The notes: a model not told the origin generated them from the sequence alone. A stretch of 64,000 bases of DNA from Candidatus Moraniibacteriota bacterium (GCA_013336285.1 JAAXTX010000003.1:3448-67447), one strand, 5' to 3'. Positions 29,128 through 39,322 are shown, counted from the stretch's first letter. Made by a program: numbers and translations.

Positions 29128-30888
29128 ATGGAACATGCTACTTCCACACCTGTCCGGGAGCGGTTATTTTCTTCCGCTATGGCAGGAATAGTCACGCTGG
29201 GACTTATCTCCTACGCCTCCGCTGTTGCGGGTATTTTTTTCCATGCGACAGTCCTCATTTTTTCCATTCCCATCATCACCGTGACGCTCATCCTGCTTTT
29301 CAGATGGATCCTTCGCGAAACCATTTCGACAAGAATGATATTCACATGTCTGATCGCTCTTTCCTTCGCGCTTCTCCTGCCGGTTGAACCGTCTGTCTTT
29401 TCGGGTCGCGACCAAGGATCCATCGCCGAGGCCGCGATCGAACTCGCCCATAACGGTACGCTTCATTTTTCCTCCCCGGCCGTAACGACATTCTCCGACA
29501 TTTACGGTCCGGGAAAAGCACTGAATTTCCCCGGCTTCTATTATGATGACAACGGGAAACTGACGACTCAGTTTCCGATCGGCTCCATCTCTTTTCTCGC
29601 AACATTCGTGTCCCTTTTCGGGATCACCGGCCTGCTCGTCGCCAATGGCGTACTGCTTATAGCATCGCTGTCGACCCTCTACGTCCTCGTTCGGACGCTT
29701 GCGAATGAACGTTACGCGGTAGGCACATTTTTCGCCGGTGCCCTTTCCTTCCTACCCTTGTGGTTCTCAAAGTTCACCTTGTCCGAGAATCTCTCCCTGT
29801 TCCTTTTTCTCTTCCTTTCGCTGACCCTCGTCAGATTCCTTCGGAAGCCCGATAGCGCGACATTCTTTGTTTCTTTTTTTCTGGCCATTTTTTTCGCAGC
29901 GACGCGTTTCGAGGGACTTTTTTCACTCGCCGTCTCAATCGTTATACTTTTCCTTACGCCATCTGGACGAAAATTCTCCGAAAAGGACCGACTGATGAGA
30001 CGTATCGTTCCGGTCATCATATTGATCGCAGCCCTATTTATAAACGTGTTTTCCTCGACTCCCATGTACCGAAGCATCGGCAAGGCACTCCTGCAAGACG
30101 GGTTCGCTACGGAGCACCCTATCGGTACGAACGGTTTCGCATCCACCGTCGCTCTATGGAACCTATTCATTCCGTACGGCCTTTTCCTTCCGTTCGTCCT
30201 CGGAATTATCTCTCTTGTCCTGCTGCTCTTCCGAAAACGATTTCTCGCCCTCATTCCGGCTATGCTCGCCATTCCGACCTTTCTCTTTCTCATCGATCCC
30301 ACCATCACTCCGGACCATCCGTGGATGCTTCGGCGGTTCCTATTCTCGCTTTGGCCGACTTTTTTCGTATCCGTTCCGGTCGCTTCTTACCTATTCATAA
30401 AAGACAACAAGAGTCGCGTCATTCGGTCATTACCGATCGCCTTGTTCGTACTTATCGTCATCTTTTCACTTCCGGCGACTACTCGTTCATTTTCCGTGTC
30501 CGAGAATCGCGGACTTATCAACGAGACCTCGACGCTTACACGCCGGTTCGGTAATCGCGATCTCCTCCTTATCGATCGGGAGGCGACTGGAGACCCATAC
30601 ACCATCCCGGCTGGTCCGATACGGTTCCTATACGGGAAAAATGCGGCCTACTTTTTCAATCCTTCAGATTATGAGAAGATTCCAAAGGATCGCTATGATC
30701 ACATCTATCTCCTGACCCCGATAGGAAAAATCCCCTCACAGTCAGATATTCGTGCCACCGTCGGAGAAGTCTCAATCATTCCGTTCTCCTTTCAACGGCT
30801 GGAACGGCTTCCGCTCTCCGTTGCCAGACTGCCGAAACTCGAGACTGTCAGCCAAGACGCCGCTCTCGTAGAACTCAAACCATTATGA
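29128..30888 (+). CDS. GT-C fold membrane glycosyltransferase, ArnT/PMT-like, paralog E.
   Basis: At least 12 TM helices, and the acidic loop after TM1 is SGRDQGSIAEAAIELAHNGTL. It has a C-terminal soluble domain. Confidence 0.55.
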   Translation: MEHATSTPVRERLFSSAMAGIVTLGLISYASAVAGIFFHATVLIFSIPIITVTLILLFRWILRETISTRMIFTCLIALSFALLLPVEPSVFSGRDQGSIAEAAIELAHNGTLHFSSPAVTTFSDIYGPGKALNFPGFYYDDNGKLTTQFPIGSISFLATFVSLFGITGLLVANGVLLIASLSTLYVLVRTLANERYAVGTFFAGALSFLPLWFSKFTLSENLSLFLFLFLSLTLVRFLRKPDSATFFVSFFLAIFFAATRFEGLFSLAVSIVILFLTPSGRKFSEKDRLMRRIVPVIILIAALFINVFSSTPMYRSIGKALLQDGFATEHPIGTNGFASTVALWNLFIPYGLFLPFVLGIISLVLLLFRKRFLALIPAMLAIPTFLFLIDPTITPDHPWMLRRFLFSLWPTFFVSVPVASYLFIKDNKSRVIRSLPIALFVLIVIFSLPATTRSFSVSENRGLINETSTLTRRFGNRDLLLIDREATGDPYTIPAGPIRFLYGKNAAYFFNPSDYEKIPKDRYDHIYLLTPIGKIPSQSDIRATVGEVSIIPFSFQRLERLPLSVARLPKLETVSQDAALVELKPL

Positions 30889-32051
30889 TCCTTTTCGATG
30901 CCGCATCAATCCTGCCCGGGACCCTTAGGAAACGTTTTCTTATTTTTCAGGCTGTTCTTCTGTTCTTATTCATGGGAGTAGCTTTTTACTTTGGCTTTTC
31001 ACTCCTCTTTCCTTCGCAGGTCTTCACTTATTCATTTAAGAACCCCGATACAGCAAAAAACACACTCGAAATTCCGACCGGAATCGAGTCAGGCGGATCG
31101 AATTTAATAAAGGGGAAAGTGAAGTCGGGCGATAAACTTAACACCTATGCGGGAACCTCGGGAAATTTTTCCTCAGTGAATGTCCGGGTTGGCCTGCGAA
31201 AAGATTCAGACACCCCCAATGATATCAGGATATCTCTCAGACGCTCCTTTCGGTCGTTCTTCTATCCGAACGGTCCGGATGCCGTATCGCCGCCGGAACA
31301 GCGCATACTCGCGATAGACGGCTCACCATATCTGTTCACACAAGAAAAAATATCACCTTTCATAAGTGACGCGGCGGCCTTATCTTGGGCCCCGAAAGAA
31401 AAGGTGCTTCCCAGCAAGAGTGAGATTCTCTCCATCTTCCCACCACAGGATACCATTATGGGATTCCGCCCCGGAACGCTCCTCTCCGACGCACAAGGGG
31501 TCTATGTGATCGACGGTGATAGCAAGGCTCATCCTATCGGTAGCACGTCCGCATTCGAAACTCTCGGATTCCACTGGAACGATGTGCACGCGATCAGTGA
31601 AGAGGAACTCGGGATTCACAAACGAGGAAAGATATTACTTTTCGGTGCGGCGCAACCCGATGGGTCGGTATTCCTCGACCGAACGACTATGCGCTATTTC
31701 CTGATCGAAAAAGGTATGAAAATCCCCGTCGTGAACAAGGACCGTCTCGATACCCTTCTGGGCGTCACGACTCCCATCGAAGCAACGAATGCCGCTCTCG
31801 GAATATCCGCCTCCTGCCATCTGACGCGAAGTTTCATTCTGTTTCAGACGGTATATTCCTGCGACATTCCGATACAGGATCTTCGAGATCTTCCCGGTGG
31901 CAGTTTCGAGTTGTCACTCGACACGGATCGCGAAGTTCATCTCTCCGATCTCTCGCTCAATTTCCGAACAAGTCCGGACAGACAGAATTTCTCACTCTTC
32001 CTCCGTCAATTGAAGGAACGGTTCCAGACGGTCTACGGAAACAAGCGATAG
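30885..32051 (+). CDS. Hypothetical membrane-anchored protein (N-terminal TM, ~350-aa extracytoplasmic domain).
   Basis: ATGA overlap with the upstream GT-C gene. One N-terminal TM helix. Confidence 0.45.
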   Translation: MILFDAASILPGTLRKRFLIFQAVLLFLFMGVAFYFGFSLLFPSQVFTYSFKNPDTAKNTLEIPTGIESGGSNLIKGKVKSGDKLNTYAGTSGNFSSVNVRVGLRKDSDTPNDIRISLRRSFRSFFYPNGPDAVSPPEQRILAIDGSPYLFTQEKISPFISDAAALSWAPKEKVLPSKSEILSIFPPQDTIMGFRPGTLLSDAQGVYVIDGDSKAHPIGSTSAFETLGFHWNDVHAISEEELGIHKRGKILLFGAAQPDGSVFLDRTTMRYFLIEKGMKIPVVNKDRLDTLLGVTTPIEATNAALGISASCHLTRSFILFQTVYSCDIPIQDLRDLPGGSFELSLDTDREVHLSDLSLNFRTSPDRQNFSLFLRQLKERFQTVYGNKR

Positions 32052-32094
32052 CGAAATCAAATAGCATGGAACCACTATCCGAAAAAGAATCGAT

Positions 32095-32517
32095 ATGAAG
32101 ATCCGTACGATCATGCGCTTCTGGAAAAAGTTCGTCGACCGATCCGTACCGGCGATGCCTTTCGTGTATGCCTCGCTAGTCGAAATCATCGAGTTGTTCC
32201 TGTTTTCCTTCGCGCTTATCATAACCGCTGAAGCCGTGCTTCCCGGCATCTTCTCCCAGAGACTGAACCTCGCGAAACCGTTTCTTGCGATTCTGATACT
32301 TATCGCGATCGCCGGATTCATCGGAAAAAAGACCGGGGTATCGTTTCCGTTCCTTCCCGATAAGAAAAGCGTCTTTACCTGGATCGGCATAGCCTGGCTC
32401 GCTTTCCTCCTCACGCTGTCTTCCATAAAGTTCCCGCCTTTCATCGTTCCAATCATTGTCGGTGCCCTGTTCCTGACCGTCCGCCTCTTCTGGCGGATTC
32501 TTTTCCGAAAAGAGTAA
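32095..32517 (+). CDS. Small integral membrane protein (4 TM helices).
   Basis: Hydrophobic 140-aa ORF. Confidence 0.4.
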   Translation: MKIRTIMRFWKKFVDRSVPAMPFVYASLVEIIELFLFSFALIITAEAVLPGIFSQRLNLAKPFLAILILIAIAGFIGKKTGVSFPFLPDKKSVFTWIGIAWLAFLLTLSSIKFPPFIVPIIVGALFLTVRLFWRILFRKE

Positions 32518-32594
32518 TGCTTGGAATCGGATGCGAAAGAAGGGACGTATCGCATCCCTTCTTTGTTTATGTTTGTTTCAATCGTTCTTTTGTC

Positions 32595-33710
32595 TTACCC
32601 TCTGATACAATCAAGCGTCTTCTCGGCACATCTTTCCCATGAAAACATCTTCACGCGCTCCAATCCCTTTTGGCGGAGTTCGCCGCGAAGTAAGGCGTTT
32701 TCCCACAGAAGAGCGAGCTTCTCCGCTATGTCGTCCTCGAGGTACGGATCGGCATAAAGTGCCGCATCACCTCCGACTTCGGGCAGGCTCGAGACATTGC
32801 CCGTCAAGACAGGCGTCCCTGCCGCGAAGGATTCCAATACCGGAAGCCCGAATCCCTCATATAGGGACGGAAACACGAACAGTCTCGCATTCTGATACCA
32901 TACGGGTAGTTCGTTCATCGGCACCTGACCGACACGGATCACATCACCCGCATCGCCGCTTCGGTCGATTCGCGCGACGATATCATCCGAAAGCCACGCC
33001 TTCTCGCCGACGATCGCCAACTTCATCTCCGGATTTCGCTTCTTAGCCTTCTCGAATGCCCCTACCAGTCGGATAAGGTTCTTCCGAGGTTGTATCGCAC
33101 CCACATAAAGGACATACGAATCAGGAACAAGTCCGTGTCGTGACAGGATCATGTCACGGAACGCGTCATCGGGCCGATCTGAAAAAAACCCAGCATTCAC
33201 GCCGTGATGTATCACATATATCTTCGATTCGGAGACCTGGGGGAAAAAATGCAGGATATCCGTCTTTGTTGATTCCGACACGGCAATAATTCTCGTCGCC
33301 TTACTCATAAGCACCCCGAGAAGCAGATTCAGCTTAGCACGTGCCGCCACCGGAAAGGTCTTCGGAAAGAACCGGAAGGCGAGATCATGAACCGTCGCGA
33401 TTATCTCGATCCCCTCCGGCGTCGCGACCGGTGCTGCCTGTACTGGAATGAATACCCGGTCAGGCCGGATATGATAGAGCGCCTGAGCGAACGCCGTCTG
33501 CATCCACAGACGATCTCCCGGCAATGTGAGAAATTCGTAGTTCGGAAATTCCGGCGGCGCGAGTTCGGGATTGAACTCACTCTTGTGACAGACAAAAAAA
33601 GTATCCTCGGAATCGATGTTACCAAAACGACGAAGCAGTTCACGAATATAGGTCCGTGTACCGTCGACGCGCTTGGCATCCAGATCCGCCGCCTGTACCG
33701 CTATTCTCAT
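32595..33710 (-). CDS. GT4 family glycosyltransferase.
   Basis: EGFGLPVLESFAAGTPVLTGNVSSLPEVGGDAALYADP motif. Confidence 0.75.
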   Translation of the reverse strand: MRIAVQAADLDAKRVDGTRTYIRELLRRFGNIDSEDTFFVCHKSEFNPELAPPEFPNYEFLTLPGDRLWMQTAFAQALYHIRPDRVFIPVQAAPVATPEGIEIIATVHDLAFRFFPKTFPVAARAKLNLLLGVLMSKATRIIAVSESTKTDILHFFPQVSESKIYVIHHGVNAGFFSDRPDDAFRDMILSRHGLVPDSYVLYVGAIQPRKNLIRLVGAFEKAKKRNPEMKLAIVGEKAWLSDDIVARIDRSGDAGDVIRVGQVPMNELPVWYQNARLFVFPSLYEGFGLPVLESFAAGTPVLTGNVSSLPEVGGDAALYADPYLEDDIAEKLALLWENALLRGELRQKGLERVKMFSWERCAEKTLDCIRG

Positions 33711-33779
33711 ATATTCAATGATTCTTTTCCGTGATACCGCACGTACCCTTGGTGACTTTTCAACAATCGTTACGTTGTC

Positions 33780-35963
33780 TCATTCATGTCGTTCCACGAT
33801 CCGGACGGAACCTGTCTCTATGTCCATCTCAACGATGTCTCCGTCATGCAGGATATGCGTAGCGTTTTTCGTGCCGATAATGCACGGCTTCCCCTTCTCC
33901 CGCGCGATAACGGCCGCATCACACGTTATGCCGCCCTCATCGGTGATGAACCCGAGTGCATGCTCCGCCGCAGGCGCGAATTGCGGCGTCGTCATCGAAG
34001 TGACAAGGATATCACCGCTTTTGACCTTGTCATTTTCCCTCGCGGAACGGAGCACCTTTACACGAGCCCGATAATAACGTTCCGGTCCCCATGATGCGGC
34101 CATGCCCGAGATATCTTCGACTGTATCCGCATTTTTCAAGTCACCAGACACTTTTCTTGACTCCTCCTCTGTGGCTATCCGGATATTTCCATCGCTTGTG
34201 ACCGACACGAACTCACCACCCATTCGGTGCTCGGCGATACCTTTCAATTCGGCTCCGCGCGTTCCGAGATCCCGAAGTTCCTCCGTGAACAGGAATTTCA
34301 AATGACGCGAAGAGATACCCGTACGTACCGATAACTCATCAAGTACCCGCTTATATTCATAGAAAAGCCTGTAATCAATCATTTTCCGATCTTCCGCCCA
34401 CGTCGCCATGTTCCGTAACATTTCCAGCCACCGCTTCTCACGCCTTCCGGAAAAATACGTTTTCCTGATTTGTTCCGCCCTCTGTTTCAGATGATTTCCC
34501 CACTCTTCCATTTCCTTGAACTGTACCTGGACATTTTTTCTTCTTGCCCGATTTTCACAGATCCGATCGAGAAAATAAGTCTCGTCCCAAATGTTCGGTC
34601 CGTCATATCCGAACGGTATCCAATAATAATGTTGGGAAAGTTGTTCCGAAATCGCAGAAAGGATAGGGTCATGCTCAAGCGCGATTTTTAAGATATCCCG
34701 TTCCATTCTCAATACGTAGCTGTCTTGTTTCGGACAGGAGACCGCATCAAGCTCGTCTTCCGGTAACCCTAATGCGACCGTTATTTTTTTCCGGAACGGT
34801 TCCCCGGCCATTGTGAAGGAGAACATGCTTGATGCATCGTATGCCGAAAAAAGGCCCCGTATCCGTTCAGCTATATCGTGCAGTTCATTGTCACTGATAA
34901 CCTCGAAATCATCCTGGCCGATCGTGTCCAGAAAACGCAATGCGTCCTTTTTTGCCGCATCAACCGCCTCGGCTATACGTTCATAGTATCCTTCTTCCGA
35001 AATTAATCGCTCAGCGATATATTCCCCGGTCTCAGCGTATTCCTTCACGGGAACGACCGTCGTCATTATGCCGTCGAAAAATACGTTATACATGACGGAA
35101 AGCGACCTTCCATATATATCACCCGATAGCCGGCTCGTCTGTGCCAACGAATTCCAATAGGCGGGCGAAAGATCGTTTTCCCTCGTTCTCAGTACGAAGA
35201 GATCCTCATCGACAGCGCCGTTCTTTCCGGCCGACTCTCGATCTCCGGGCGTTTTCTCCATGAATTCATATTCCGGGTGTTCCGATGTGAACGAATCAAG
35301 ACTGCCCAGCCATGTCTCGTGGCCATCCACAAGCAGGAACGCCTCAAGACGACGTTCCAGCATATCGGAAAGTGGGATATCGTCAATTTCGTGCGGTAGA
35401 ACCACGCCGGACTGCTCTTTCGATATTCCGGCGACACGTGAAATGCCGTCCCTGACAAATGCATCGTTCACGGCGAAGAAATCGTTGATTTCATCGGCTC
35501 CTACCGGCACTTGATCGGACGCCTTCGACTTCAAGTCTTCAATACCGATACATGAAAAAACGGTCACGCAAAAAGCCGCCTCATACATCGCATCGACATA
35601 CGCTTTGCGGCTCTGCTGTGACGAGAAACCGTCTTCTTGGCGAAGCGCGGCGAGATTTCCGGATGATTTCCGATATTCCTCGAGACATCCCTCGAGGAAC
35701 GCCGGCCCCTTCGTATTTTCCTTGAGAATCCTTTCGGACAACCAAAGCATGCCTTCCCGATGTACCCATGTCTCAATAAGACCGTTATGGACGAAGTGTG
35801 CGACCAAGGGTGGATGAGGATTCGCCTGACCGAAAACGACGCCGCATCCGTGAGAAAGGGCTTTCGCCCACAGTATCTGCGTGAAGAGTGTCGCGTCACG
35901 CGAATCCGATTTCTCGAACTTCAGCGTCAACTCGTCCGTGGCGTCCTTCGACATAATCGTCAT
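33780..35963 (-). CDS. Large protein carrying a C-terminal PEP-utilising-enzyme mobile (phosphohistidine-type) domain, with Asp at the phospho-His position.
   Basis: The C-terminus reads DEGGITCDAAVIAREKGKPCIIG against the consensus GGxTSHAAIIAREMGIPxVVG. No PPDK-type ATP-grasp motif was seen in the N-terminal 600 aa. Confidence 0.5.
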   Translation of the reverse strand: MTIMSKDATDELTLKFEKSDSRDATLFTQILWAKALSHGCGVVFGQANPHPPLVAHFVHNGLIETWVHREGMLWLSERILKENTKGPAFLEGCLEEYRKSSGNLAALRQEDGFSSQQSRKAYVDAMYEAAFCVTVFSCIGIEDLKSKASDQVPVGADEINDFFAVNDAFVRDGISRVAGISKEQSGVVLPHEIDDIPLSDMLERRLEAFLLVDGHETWLGSLDSFTSEHPEYEFMEKTPGDRESAGKNGAVDEDLFVLRTRENDLSPAYWNSLAQTSRLSGDIYGRSLSVMYNVFFDGIMTTVVPVKEYAETGEYIAERLISEEGYYERIAEAVDAAKKDALRFLDTIGQDDFEVISDNELHDIAERIRGLFSAYDASSMFSFTMAGEPFRKKITVALGLPEDELDAVSCPKQDSYVLRMERDILKIALEHDPILSAISEQLSQHYYWIPFGYDGPNIWDETYFLDRICENRARRKNVQVQFKEMEEWGNHLKQRAEQIRKTYFSGRREKRWLEMLRNMATWAEDRKMIDYRLFYEYKRVLDELSVRTGISSRHLKFLFTEELRDLGTRGAELKGIAEHRMGGEFVSVTSDGNIRIATEEESRKVSGDLKNADTVEDISGMAASWGPERYYRARVKVLRSARENDKVKSGDILVTSMTTPQFAPAAEHALGFITDEGGITCDAAVIAREKGKPCIIGTKNATHILHDGDIVEMDIETGSVRIVERHE

Positions 35964-36031
35964 ATCGGGATATTATAGACCGCTATCGTTGCCGCTTGGC
36001 AGGCCCGCTACGCTCCCACGTTTTCATAAGA

Positions 36032-36730
36032 TCACCCCCTTATGACCGTCCCTTCAAAAGACTTTCCCGCGAGATACCTCGACACGTTGTGAAGGTCCTT
36101 TCCTGCCAGGATAGCTACTTCCATGCCCTCCTCTTCAGCAAGTTTTGATGCTATCGGGTCGAACGGCGCGTTCATTCCCGGATTCCACTCGTCTCCGACA
36201 AGCGCACGGAACTCCGGCCACGTCATACGCTCGAATTTCTTCGCGGCAGGATTATTGCGCGGATCCTGGTCATAAACATGGTCGATATTGGAAAGGTTCA
36301 CTATGCGACGAACTCCGAGATATTTTCCAAGCAACGCTGCATCGTAGTCGGTTGAACAACCTGGACGCCAACCGGCTGCCACAAGAACAGGACTTTTCGC
36401 GACGTAAAAATCCTCAAGATCATGCGGATTCGTATTGATCCTGGGATAGGCGTACTCGCGAAGGATCGTCCGGAGCAGTTGAGCATTGAGCCGAGTCGAA
36501 TGGATTCCCATCCAATCCCGATCCTCGTCCGAAACCGATGCGGCCTCGCTCGCCCCCTCGATATACGCCCTCGCCGTCCGACCGCCGCCGGTGACGATGA
36601 TAAACCGGCGACCCGCCGCGATCTCACTCCCGATGAATTCCTTGAACATTTTCAAAAAAACCGAATCGATACCGTCCGGTACTATCAGGGATCCGCCAAG
36701 CGAAACGATAATACGATCTGATTCATGCAT
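36032..36730 (-). CDS. pyrH: Uridylate kinase, archaeal/eukaryal-type.
   Basis: RIIVSLGGSLIVPDG...FIIVTGGGRTAR...VLVAAGWRPGCSTDYDAALLGKYLG aligns along its full length with archaeal UMP kinases. Confidence 0.75.
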   Translation of the reverse strand: MHESDRIIVSLGGSLIVPDGIDSVFLKMFKEFIGSEIAAGRRFIIVTGGGRTARAYIEGASEAASVSDEDRDWMGIHSTRLNAQLLRTILREYAYPRINTNPHDLEDFYVAKSPVLVAAGWRPGCSTDYDAALLGKYLGVRRIVNLSNIDHVYDQDPRNNPAAKKFERMTWPEFRALVGDEWNPGMNAPFDPIASKLAEEEGMEVAILAGKDLHNVSRYLAGKSFEGTVIRG

Positions 36731-36758
36731 ACTGAGGTCGTTTATACGTATTAGACCG

Positions 36759-38003
36759 TCAACGCTTCGCAGGGAAATATCCTTCCAGGTTATCCATGGG
36801 TACCATCACCGACTCGTCCGACGTCCGATTCTTCACCTCGACCATACCGTTTTCGATCGATCTTTTTCCGACGACCATCCTGCATGGAATTCCGATCAGC
36901 TCGCTCTCGGCGAATTTTATTCCCGCTGATTCCGGGCGGTCATCGTACAGGGTTCCGATACCCGCGTCCGTCAATGCCTTATAAACTTTTTCCGCTCCCT
37001 CATCCGCGCCGAGTGATAGCAGGTGCACTTGAAACGGAGCGACCGCTTCCGGCCATACGAGACCTTTTTCGTCGGACAACAATTCGACGACGGTACCCAT
37101 AAGCCGTCCGGGACCGATGCCGTAACACCCCATGATGACCGGTTTCGAAGACCCGTCTTCATCCTTGAATTTAAGTCCGAGCGGCTCGGAAAAACGGGCG
37201 CCGAGCTTGAAGATATTTCCGACCTCTATGGACTTCTTTTGGACAAGTTTCGATCGGTCCAGGCCGAGGTCCACGATCACTTCGTCATTGAAAACTTCCT
37301 CATTGATCGCTATACGTTTCCCCTCATCGATGTAAATGATATCCTCTCCGGCATCGCAAATCGTCTGAAACTCGTGACTGTATCTTGAAAAGACACCTCC
37401 GGAAGCGAACGTCTTATACGTGTGAGTGCCTATTCCGACACGGTCGAAAATCCTCCCGTATGCCAGCGCTGTTTCCTCGTAAAACGCATCCAAACCTTCC
37501 TGAGACCGGGAAAAGGAATATAGGTCCTTCATGAGAAACTCACGCCCCCGCATGATGCCGGATTTCGCCCGCGTCTCGTTGCGAAACTTCGTCTGGAACT
37601 GGTAGACAGCCTTCGGCAGATCACGATACGACTGTATGAACGGCCGCATCATATTGGTGACCGGCTCCTCATGCGAGAACGCGAGTGGTAGTTCGCCTCC
37701 GTTTTTCAGTTTCGTCTTGAACCAGTTATCGACGACCGCGTCGTCGAATCGCCCGGTCGTCTTCCATGTATCGGGATTCTGAAGTGCCGTAAGTGCGACC
37801 TCCTGACCACCGATCTGATTCATTTCCTCGCGGATGATCCCGATGATATTCTCGAGGACCCTTAATCCGAGCGGCAGATACGAATACACTCCCGCCATCT
37901 CCTTATGTACGAACCCGGCGCGAATGAGCAGCTGCGCGTTGCGACTCTCCTCATCCTTCGGTGCCTCACGTCTCGTCTTGGTGAAAAGCTGGCTTTGTCT
38001 CAT
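36759..38003 (-). CDS. proS: Prolyl-tRNA synthetase, short form lacking the editing insertion.
   Basis: N-terminal MRQSQLFTKTRREAPKDEESRNAQLLIRAGFV, class II motifs FRNE..R and GCYGIGPGRL. Confidence 0.85.
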   Translation of the reverse strand: MRQSQLFTKTRREAPKDEESRNAQLLIRAGFVHKEMAGVYSYLPLGLRVLENIIGIIREEMNQIGGQEVALTALQNPDTWKTTGRFDDAVVDNWFKTKLKNGGELPLAFSHEEPVTNMMRPFIQSYRDLPKAVYQFQTKFRNETRAKSGIMRGREFLMKDLYSFSRSQEGLDAFYEETALAYGRIFDRVGIGTHTYKTFASGGVFSRYSHEFQTICDAGEDIIYIDEGKRIAINEEVFNDEVIVDLGLDRSKLVQKKSIEVGNIFKLGARFSEPLGLKFKDEDGSSKPVIMGCYGIGPGRLMGTVVELLSDEKGLVWPEAVAPFQVHLLSLGADEGAEKVYKALTDAGIGTLYDDRPESAGIKFAESELIGIPCRMVVGKRSIENGMVEVKNRTSDESVMVPMDNLEGYFPAKR

Positions 38004-38110
38004 AAACGGGAAAATAATGCGAAGACAGGTTCATAATAGCTTAAAATGAACCCTTACGTCAAAGAAAAACCGGCCCGAAAGAGCCGGTTGTCGTCCGAAA
38101 AAATCCGATA

Positions 38111-39259
38111 CTACAGTTGCACGGAAACATTCGTCTCTTTGCCATCACGAATGACGGTCAATTGCAGCTTTTCACCCTTCGAAAGACGGCCGATAGCGAC
38201 GGAAAGCGGATTGTCCAAATTTATCTCGGAGCCGTTCACGGCGATGATGATGTCGCCGAAACGGATTCCCGCCTTGTCCGCCGGTGAACCGGACAATACC
38301 GTAAGTCCGGTCTTACCGGACGGTGAGAACACCAACGCCCCGCGATCCCGTGTTCCGTCCCCTCCGGCGATCGCGTACGCCTTGGTAAGCGTCCGGTAAT
38401 AGACACCGAGGACCGGTCGAGTGACCAGGGTTCCCGCAACCGCACGTTGCATGGACTCACGTACCTCATTCGATGGCAGGAGATACGGTTTTTCCTGACC
38501 GTCCATGACGACGATTCCGAACAATCCGATCATCTCCCCACGGAAGTTCACCGCCGGACCACCCACATACGCGCCCGCGTTCGCGAGATCGGCTTCGAAA
38601 ACACCCTCCCATTTTTCCGAGGATGCCACCGTCTTACCGGAAAGGTTGAACAGTTTATTCAGATTACTGAGTACGCCGATAGAAAAGCGGTTCTGATACT
38701 CCTCATATGCGTTACCGATGGCGACCAGTTTCTTTCCGGGAGTGGAGTCATCCGAATTCGCGATCGCTATGGCCGGGAACGCATTGCCTTGGATCCGGAA
38801 AAAAACCAAGTCCGTAAGCGGATCCTCGCCGACGAGCACTGCTTCCTGACTCGTACCGTCATGCAACAGCGCATGGTATGTGATACTTCCGGGTTTCCTT
38901 TCGGGTACCGAAAGGGTTCCGGATGTGACGATCAATCCGTCATTGGTCAGCAATACTCCGGTCCGGTTCTTCGCATCCTCCCCATCGCCGGACGGGATGA
39001 TGTTCACTACAGCCGTGGAGGGCTGTGATACGATCGCATCTACGGAATCGTCTTCACGGACCACCATCTGTTCGGTTCTTTCGACAACCGTGACATTACC
39101 TTGCAGACTCCGAAGGAAATCACTCCGAGCCACGGCCGGAAACGAGGAGACAAGATACGGTATGAATCGGTCACGAATCACGATACCGCCGATACCGCCT
39201 ACGACGAACACGGCGAATATCAACAGGCAGACAAGCAGTATTTTCTTGAAATTTCCCAT
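38111..39259 (-). CDS. HtrA/DegP-like protein with a trypsin fold and PDZ domain, catalytic His and Ser substituted (probable pseudo-protease).
   Basis: N-terminal TM helix, the DLVFF Asp region, and a C-terminal PDZ segment (GDIIIAVNGSEI). The His-motif position reads TNDGLIVTSGT rather than TNNHVV, and the Ser-motif position reads AYVGGPA rather than GNSGGPL. Confidence 0.55.
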   Translation of the reverse strand: MGNFKKILLVCLLIFAVFVVGGIGGIVIRDRFIPYLVSSFPAVARSDFLRSLQGNVTVVERTEQMVVREDDSVDAIVSQPSTAVVNIIPSGDGEDAKNRTGVLLTNDGLIVTSGTLSVPERKPGSITYHALLHDGTSQEAVLVGEDPLTDLVFFRIQGNAFPAIAIANSDDSTPGKKLVAIGNAYEEYQNRFSIGVLSNLNKLFNLSGKTVASSEKWEGVFEADLANAGAYVGGPAVNFRGEMIGLFGIVVMDGQEKPYLLPSNEVRESMQRAVAGTLVTRPVLGVYYRTLTKAYAIAGGDGTRDRGALVFSPSGKTGLTVLSGSPADKAGIRFGDIIIAVNGSEINLDNPLSVAIGRLSKGEKLQLTVIRDGKETNVSVQL

Positions 39260-39322
39260 ATTCGGACGAAGTGATTCACAATGGTAGCACGCATCGCCTC
39301 TTCCGACAAGACCCGAGCTTCG

